From positions 6,280 through 70,279 of the forward strand of contig JBGOTQ010000001.1 of NCBI GenBank assembly GCA_041476565.1: 64,000 nt of DNA, in the 5' to 3' direction. Position 1 is the stretch's first letter, and each line of letters begins with the position of its first letter. Shown piece after piece: positions 59,334 through 64,000 of this stretch. Made by a program: the position numbers and the translations under genes. The notes beneath the pieces were generated by a model. It was given only the letters and a program-made list of their open reading frames with translations, ran no database searches and had not been told where the DNA came from. This DNA is from Terriglobia bacterium. Its GTDB lineage: Bacteria; Acidobacteriota; Terriglobia; Versatilivoradales; Versatilivoraceae.

Positions 59334-60902
59334 ATGGTGACCCTGCCGCGGCTGAATAGTCGCTATGAGATTCGAGATGTTCTTGGACAGGGGGGAATGG
59401 GGATTGTTTACAAAGCTTATGACTCAGTGATTCGGAGAGAGGTGGCTCTTAAGACGCTTCGGGACGCCCCTGATCCTGCTGCTCTTGAGACTTTCCAGAA
59501 GGAATGCGGAGTGCTGGCCTCCATGGCCCACCCCAATACGGTCGAGATTTTTGACCTGGGGGAGTTTGAAGAAAACGGGACCCACAAACCCTATTTCGGC
59601 ATGCCCTTGCTTCCCGGGATGACCCTGGAGGCCTTGATTCGAATGGCCAGCCAACGGCTGACCGTGGAGCGGGTGGTAGAGATTATCACCCAAACATGCC
59701 GGGGGCTGCAGGCCGCTCATGAACGCGGGCTGATCCACCGAGACCTTAAGCCCATCAACATTTTTGTTCTGGATGACGATTCGGTGAAGATCATCGACTT
59801 CGGGGTTGCGCACATATGCGACAGCCGCACGACTATGGGTTTGAAGGGAACCCTGGCGTACATGTCGCCTGAGCAAATCGAGATGAAACCGCTCTCCCCC
59901 CTGTCCGACCTCTTCTCCCTGGCAGTCGTGGGTTACGAAACGCTGGCACTCCGCCGTCCCTTTCAAGGCAAGACCCAGAGCGAGATCGTGGAGGCCATCC
60001 TGCATCAAATCCCGCCACCTGTATCGGAATTCAACCCTGCAGTCAATTCTTTGATCAGCCGGGTCATTCACAAGGCCTTGGCCAAACAACCCTTTCACCG
60101 GTTCGCCTCCGCCAGGGAATTTGCTGAGATCGTACAAAAGGCGCTTCGCAATGAAAGGCTCGAAATCTTTGATCCGAGCCGGATTCAGCCCCGCGTTCAA
60201 CGGGCTGCCCGGGCATTTGAGCAGGAAGATTACCAGTTTGCCGCCGCGATCCTGGGGGAACTGCTGGCGGAGGGATTGCCGATCAGATTCAGAAAAGCAT
60301 CGGAACGGTGGATATGGTATGGAGTCGCTCTGCTGTTGGTTGTGATGCTGGGCGGAATCTGGGCCCATCGGCGTCGTCCTCCTTCCACGGCGTCGCAGCC
60401 TACCCTGCCGAATCCTGCGCCTTCACACCCCATTCGTCTGGACGTATTGACGACCCCGCCCGGGGCGAGGATATTCATCAATGATCGAGTGCGCGGCACT
60501 GCCGACTTGGTCTTGGAGCTGTTGCCAGGTTCGCATCAGATTCGCGCAGAGGTAGAGGGTTACGTTCCGACTACCACCCCGCTGGAGCCTAAGCCCGATT
60601 CGGCATTGCCCCCGATGGAAATTGTCCTTCAACCAGCGTCTGGAGCAAGCACTTCCAGTACTCAATCACCTTCAGAATCGGGCGCACAGCAAACTCAAGG
60701 TTCCTCTGCCTCCCTGGCGAAAAGAAGGAAGGCTTTGGAGACTCGGGCCCCTGTCTCCAGCTTGGCTGTTGAGTCGGCGCCACTCCCGGGCACTCTGCGG
60801 GGCTATCTCCAACTGAAGCGCTCTCCTGCCAGCAGCCAGGTGGTGTTGGAAGGGGGGGAGAACCGCAACCCCGCCTGCTCACTGAAGACCGCATGGAATT
60901 GA
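59334..60902 (+). CDS. Ser/Thr protein kinase with TM segment and extracytoplasmic PEGA domain(s); C-terminus apparently truncated by frameshift
   Basis: The Hanks kinase motifs are GQGGMGIVYKA, VALK, HRDLKPINI and DFGVA. A TM helix (WIWYGVALLLVVMLGGIW) and a PEGA domain (LDVLTTPPGARIFINDRVRGT...GSHQIRAEVEGYVP) follow. A second PEGA-like start is cut off at the stop just after a G7 run. Confidence 0.8.
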   Translation: MVTLPRLNSRYEIRDVLGQGGMGIVYKAYDSVIRREVALKTLRDAPDPAALETFQKECGVLASMAHPNTVEIFDLGEFEENGTHKPYFGMPLLPGMTLEALIRMASQRLTVERVVEIITQTCRGLQAAHERGLIHRDLKPINIFVLDDDSVKIIDFGVAHICDSRTTMGLKGTLAYMSPEQIEMKPLSPLSDLFSLAVVGYETLALRRPFQGKTQSEIVEAILHQIPPPVSEFNPAVNSLISRVIHKALAKQPFHRFASAREFAEIVQKALRNERLEIFDPSRIQPRVQRAARAFEQEDYQFAAAILGELLAEGLPIRFRKASERWIWYGVALLLVVMLGGIWAHRRRPPSTASQPTLPNPAPSHPIRLDVLTTPPGARIFINDRVRGTADLVLELLPGSHQIRAEVEGYVPTTTPLEPKPDSALPPMEIVLQPASGASTSSTQSPSESGAQQTQGSSASLAKRRKALETRAPVSSLAVESAPLPGTLRGYLQLKRSPASSQVVLEGGENRNPACSLKTAWN

Positions 60903-61495
60903 GAGAAGGGGCTTACACAATGACAGTCACAGCTCCGGGGTTCAATAAGCTCATCGTCCCGCTCCACATCGAGCCGAGCAAGACCGAAATAGTGGAACTC
61001 AGCCTTCAGCCGGTCAAGGAACCCGAGCTTGACTGGAAAAACGCTTGGGAGGATGTAGCTGGGTGGTCCAGTGAGGGAGATTGGCTGGTTCATCGGGGTG
61101 GCAACTTCGTGTTGTCAACGCTGCACCCCATTACCGGAGCGTATGAATTCACCCTCTGGCGCAAGAGCAAGAATGTTCAGTGGGTTCTGAACTACACCGA
61201 TGACCGCAACTACGACCTGTTTGAGATCGACAAGAAATACTTTTTGCGGACACGAATTCGAGATGGCAGGAAGAGTCAGACGGCGAAGGCTTCCCACAAA
61301 CTGGAGAAACAGTCTTCCTATTCCTTCCAATTAGAGGTCACTCCACAAGCGATTGTCACCAGGGTCCTGGACGGGGGGGTGTGGGTAGCCCTTGATGAGT
61401 GGAAAGATGCCGGGCCCGTGACAGGCAAGTTTGGGTTTTACATCCAAGGCAAGGATCAAGTAGGATTATCTCACTTCATGTACAAACCTCGGTAA
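60893..61495 (+). CDS. DUF1080-like (ConA-like / 3-keto-disaccharide-hydrolase-like) domain ORF, probably the displaced C-terminal part of the upstream kinase
   Basis: The C-terminal GKFGFYIQGKDQVGLSHFMYKP resembles the DUF1080 terminal GxIGLQxHGxxVxFRNI motif. Its reading frame is reached from the kinase frame by a single extra G in the G7 tract at 60852-60858. That would give a continuous PEGA-like sequence ...VVLEGGGEPQPRLLTEDRMELREGAYTMTVTAPGF... Confidence 0.5.
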   Translation: MELREGAYTMTVTAPGFNKLIVPLHIEPSKTEIVELSLQPVKEPELDWKNAWEDVAGWSSEGDWLVHRGGNFVLSTLHPITGAYEFTLWRKSKNVQWVLNYTDDRNYDLFEIDKKYFLRTRIRDGRKSQTAKASHKLEKQSSYSFQLEVTPQAIVTRVLDGGVWVALDEWKDAGPVTGKFGFYIQGKDQVGLSHFMYKPR

Positions 61496-61524
61496 TACTC
61501 CCGAGTTGCGCCCGGGTGTAGAAA

Positions 61525-63201
61525 ATGATCCCACAAGTTCAGACGAATATGGAAAGAGAACTGATCATAAACTTTCCTGACGGGAAGACCAAGACCATCC
61601 CGCTCACGAAGGCCCGATGGACGGTGGGCCGGTCCAGTGAGAATGACCTCAGTTATCCAGAGGATTCCGGCCTGTCGCGACAACACTTCGTTCTGGAACA
61701 GGAGGAGGAAGATTGGGTACTTTCGGATTTGGGCAGCAAGAACGGAACCTTCCTGAATGGGGCTCGGGTTCACGCTCGACAAAGGCTCAAACCCGGGGAC
61801 CGTGTGACCGCGAGCCACCTGGTTCTGGCCTATTGTAGTTCCAAAGAGGCCATCAACCAATGCTCGATCATCTTCGAGAAGAGTCCGGAGGAACTCCTGA
61901 CCCGGCGAGGCCTGAGCACCACCTCGCTGGATCAGATTATCTCAACCCATGCGACCTCCGTCCGCCCTGCCTTGGGACCATCGCGGGAGCAGTGGAGGGC
62001 CCCCTTGGACGCCTTCCGGCGCGCCGGCCGGGAACTCTCACTGGGCCGGCCGTTGCAGGAACTGTTCCAGGTGATCCTCGATCTTTCCATAGAGGCAGTG
62101 GGGGCGGAAAGGGGAGTTCTGCTTACTTTGGAAGGAGGGAAATTGATGGTGCGGGCTTCCCGGGGCGACGGTTTCCGAATCAGCACCACAGTTCGGGACC
62201 GGGTCATCAACGACAAGACATCTCTGTTATTGAAAGACGTTCAGGGTGACGAAGCATTCCGCGCGATGCAAAGCATCGTTGCTCAGAAAGTCAGAAGCCT
62301 GATGGCCGTGCCGCTACAAACTGACGATCAGGTGATCGGATTGATTTACGTCGATTCATCGCACTTGGCCCACGAGTTCACTAATGATGACCTGGATCTG
62401 TTGACTGTAATGGCGAATGTGGCCGGCATCCGGATTGAGCGTCAACGAATGACGGAGATTGAGCAATCCCGGCGCCGATTAACGGCGGAACTGGAGCAGG
62501 CTGCCGAGATTCAACGAGAGTTCCTGCCCGCCCAGGCTCCCGTGGTGCAGGGGCTGGATTTGGCCGGATACAATGCCCCTTGTCGCACGGTGGGCGGGGA
62601 CTATTACGACTTCCTGACCTACCCTGATGGGAAAGTGGTTGTGCTGGTTGGAGACGTTTGTGGCAAAGGGATGCCAGCCGCCCTCCTCATGATGAGCCTG
62701 CAGGCCCGAGTCCAGGTACTTGCTCAGGAGCCCGACAGCCCTGCCTCATTGGTCGAACGGCTCAACAGAATTCTCACTACTACTTCATCGAATAATCGTT
62801 TCGTTAGTTTTTTCTTCTCTCTTCTCGACCCCTGCACCGGGGAAGTGGTTTATTCCAATGCCGGCCATAACCCGCCCGTTTTGCTTCGCTCTGATGGAAG
62901 CACTCAACGCCTCGAAGGAGGCGGTCCGGTGTTGGGGATCCTGCCCGAAGCTTGCTATGAGGAACATCGGTGTCTCATGCAACCTGGAGATGTCGCCCTT
63001 CTATATAGCGACGGCGTTACGGAAGCCAATGACCCCCAAGGTGAGGAGTTTGGAGAAACCCGCTTGGTGGAGTTGCTGAGGAACACTCGGCAACAACCGG
63101 CAGCCAAGATTCTCAACACGATCACTCAAGCCGTGCATGACTGGATGGCTGGAGCACCAGCCGCCGATGACATCACATTGGTCGTTGTGCGAAGAATTTG
63201 A
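61525..63201 (+). CDS. FHA-GAF-PP2C (SpoIIE-like) Ser/Thr phosphatase
   Basis: The N-terminal FHA is WTVGRSSENDLSY...SRQHFVL...GSKNGTFLNG. A central GAF-like region follows. The C-terminal PP2C/SpoIIE region is GGDYYDF...VGDVCGKGMPAALLM...YSDGVTE. Confidence 0.8.
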   Translation: MIPQVQTNMERELIINFPDGKTKTIPLTKARWTVGRSSENDLSYPEDSGLSRQHFVLEQEEEDWVLSDLGSKNGTFLNGARVHARQRLKPGDRVTASHLVLAYCSSKEAINQCSIIFEKSPEELLTRRGLSTTSLDQIISTHATSVRPALGPSREQWRAPLDAFRRAGRELSLGRPLQELFQVILDLSIEAVGAERGVLLTLEGGKLMVRASRGDGFRISTTVRDRVINDKTSLLLKDVQGDEAFRAMQSIVAQKVRSLMAVPLQTDDQVIGLIYVDSSHLAHEFTNDDLDLLTVMANVAGIRIERQRMTEIEQSRRRLTAELEQAAEIQREFLPAQAPVVQGLDLAGYNAPCRTVGGDYYDFLTYPDGKVVVLVGDVCGKGMPAALLMMSLQARVQVLAQEPDSPASLVERLNRILTTTSSNNRFVSFFFSLLDPCTGEVVYSNAGHNPPVLLRSDGSTQRLEGGGPVLGILPEACYEEHRCLMQPGDVALLYSDGVTEANDPQGEEFGETRLVELLRNTRQQPAAKILNTITQAVHDWMAGAPAADDITLVVVRRI

Positions 63202-63354
63202 AGGCCCTCCTCACTCCACACGAGGCTGCTCAGCAGAGAACTTAACATTGCCAGGAATTGCTCATCTGTCAGTCTGTGGCGCCACCGACAACGAAACTTG
63301 GACGCATAGGTGGGGAGGTTTCCTCACCCTTTAGACCTCAACAAAGGAGATTCT

Positions 63355-63858
63355 GTGATCCATACAATTAAGGATTTCGAGGGGATATGGACAGAGGAAA
63401 GCGACAGGACCTGCAAAATTTTTGGCCAGCTGGACGACCTATCTCTCTCTCGGGCCGGCGAGCCGGAGGGACGAACTCTGGGGAGGATGGCCTGGCACAT
63501 CACCTTGTCTATTCCTGAAATGATGTCCCAAACCGGCCTGACTTTTTCGGTAGGCATTGAAGAAAGTCCGGTCCCGACGTCGGCCGATGAGATCCGAACG
63601 ATTTATTCGTTACTGTCTAACGAACTGCTGGCCCAGATCAAAACTCATTGGACTGACCAGACGCTCGAGATTAGCGATGAGATGTATGGGCAGCATTGGA
63701 AGCGCGGCTTTACCATGACCGCCCTGATATTTCATCAGATTCACCACCGTGGCCAAATGACTCTCCTGATGCGGCAGGCCGGGCTCAAAGTGCCAGGGCT
63801 GTTTGGGCCTGCACGCGAGGAATGGAGTTCCATGGGAATGTCGGCTCCGGCGATCTGA
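63355..63858 (+). CDS. DinB/YfiT-like (DinB_2) metal-dependent hydrolase-fold protein
   Basis: It has a HxxxHRGQ motif (HQIHHRGQMTLL). The start is taken at a GTG seven nt after AAGGAGA. Confidence 0.6.
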   Translation: MIHTIKDFEGIWTEESDRTCKIFGQLDDLSLSRAGEPEGRTLGRMAWHITLSIPEMMSQTGLTFSVGIEESPVPTSADEIRTIYSLLSNELLAQIKTHWTDQTLEISDEMYGQHWKRGFTMTALIFHQIHHRGQMTLLMRQAGLKVPGLFGPAREEWSSMGMSAPAI

Positions 63859-64000
63859 CTTCGAGCCCCCAGTTTCCGCGCTCCCAAGACGTCGACCCGA
63901 AAATCCTTCCTGACCCTCTCACCAGGAGGGGAGTCTCCAGACAAAAAGGCTGTCTATACTCAATCAGCGGGTTATCATGACCTCAGAACCCGGTTTTTTT

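Overview
This is a high-GC bacterial chromosomal segment centred on the replication-origin neighbourhood. On the minus strand, gyrA, gyrB, dnaN and dnaA diverge from rpmH, rnpA, yidD, yidC, jag, mnmE, mnmG, rsmG, parA and parB on the plus strand. An AT-rich dnaA-dnaN spacer carries repeated TGTGGAAA(A/T) DnaA-box-like motifs and is the best oriC candidate. The flanks hold housekeeping genes: hemL, hemB, lptD, rsmI, msrB, ispG, ftsY, ribD-ribE-ribBA and a tRNA-His. They also hold lineage-specific genes: a 1175-aa cholesterol-oxidase-like GMC flavoprotein with a ~565-aa unknown C-terminal extension, a Ser/Thr kinase-PEGA gene apparently split from a DUF1080-like domain by a frameshift in a G7 run, an adjacent FHA-GAF-PP2C phosphatase, an HD-GYP sensor, a TonB-like repeat protein and several secreted hypotheticals. 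Gene content (LptD, TonB, YidC/YidD, PEGA kinase, DUF1080-like) suggests a Gram-negative organism, possibly Acidobacteriota-like (inference only). I found no CRISPR array, prophage or integrase. I did find a 161-bp MITE-like element with 21-bp terminal inverted repeats and 9-bp flanking direct repeats after ribBA, a G12 tract inside a secreted-protein gene, and an rpmH gene the ORF track missed. All calls rest on reading motifs in the supplied translations and sequence. No database search was possible, so family names are best-effort recognitions.
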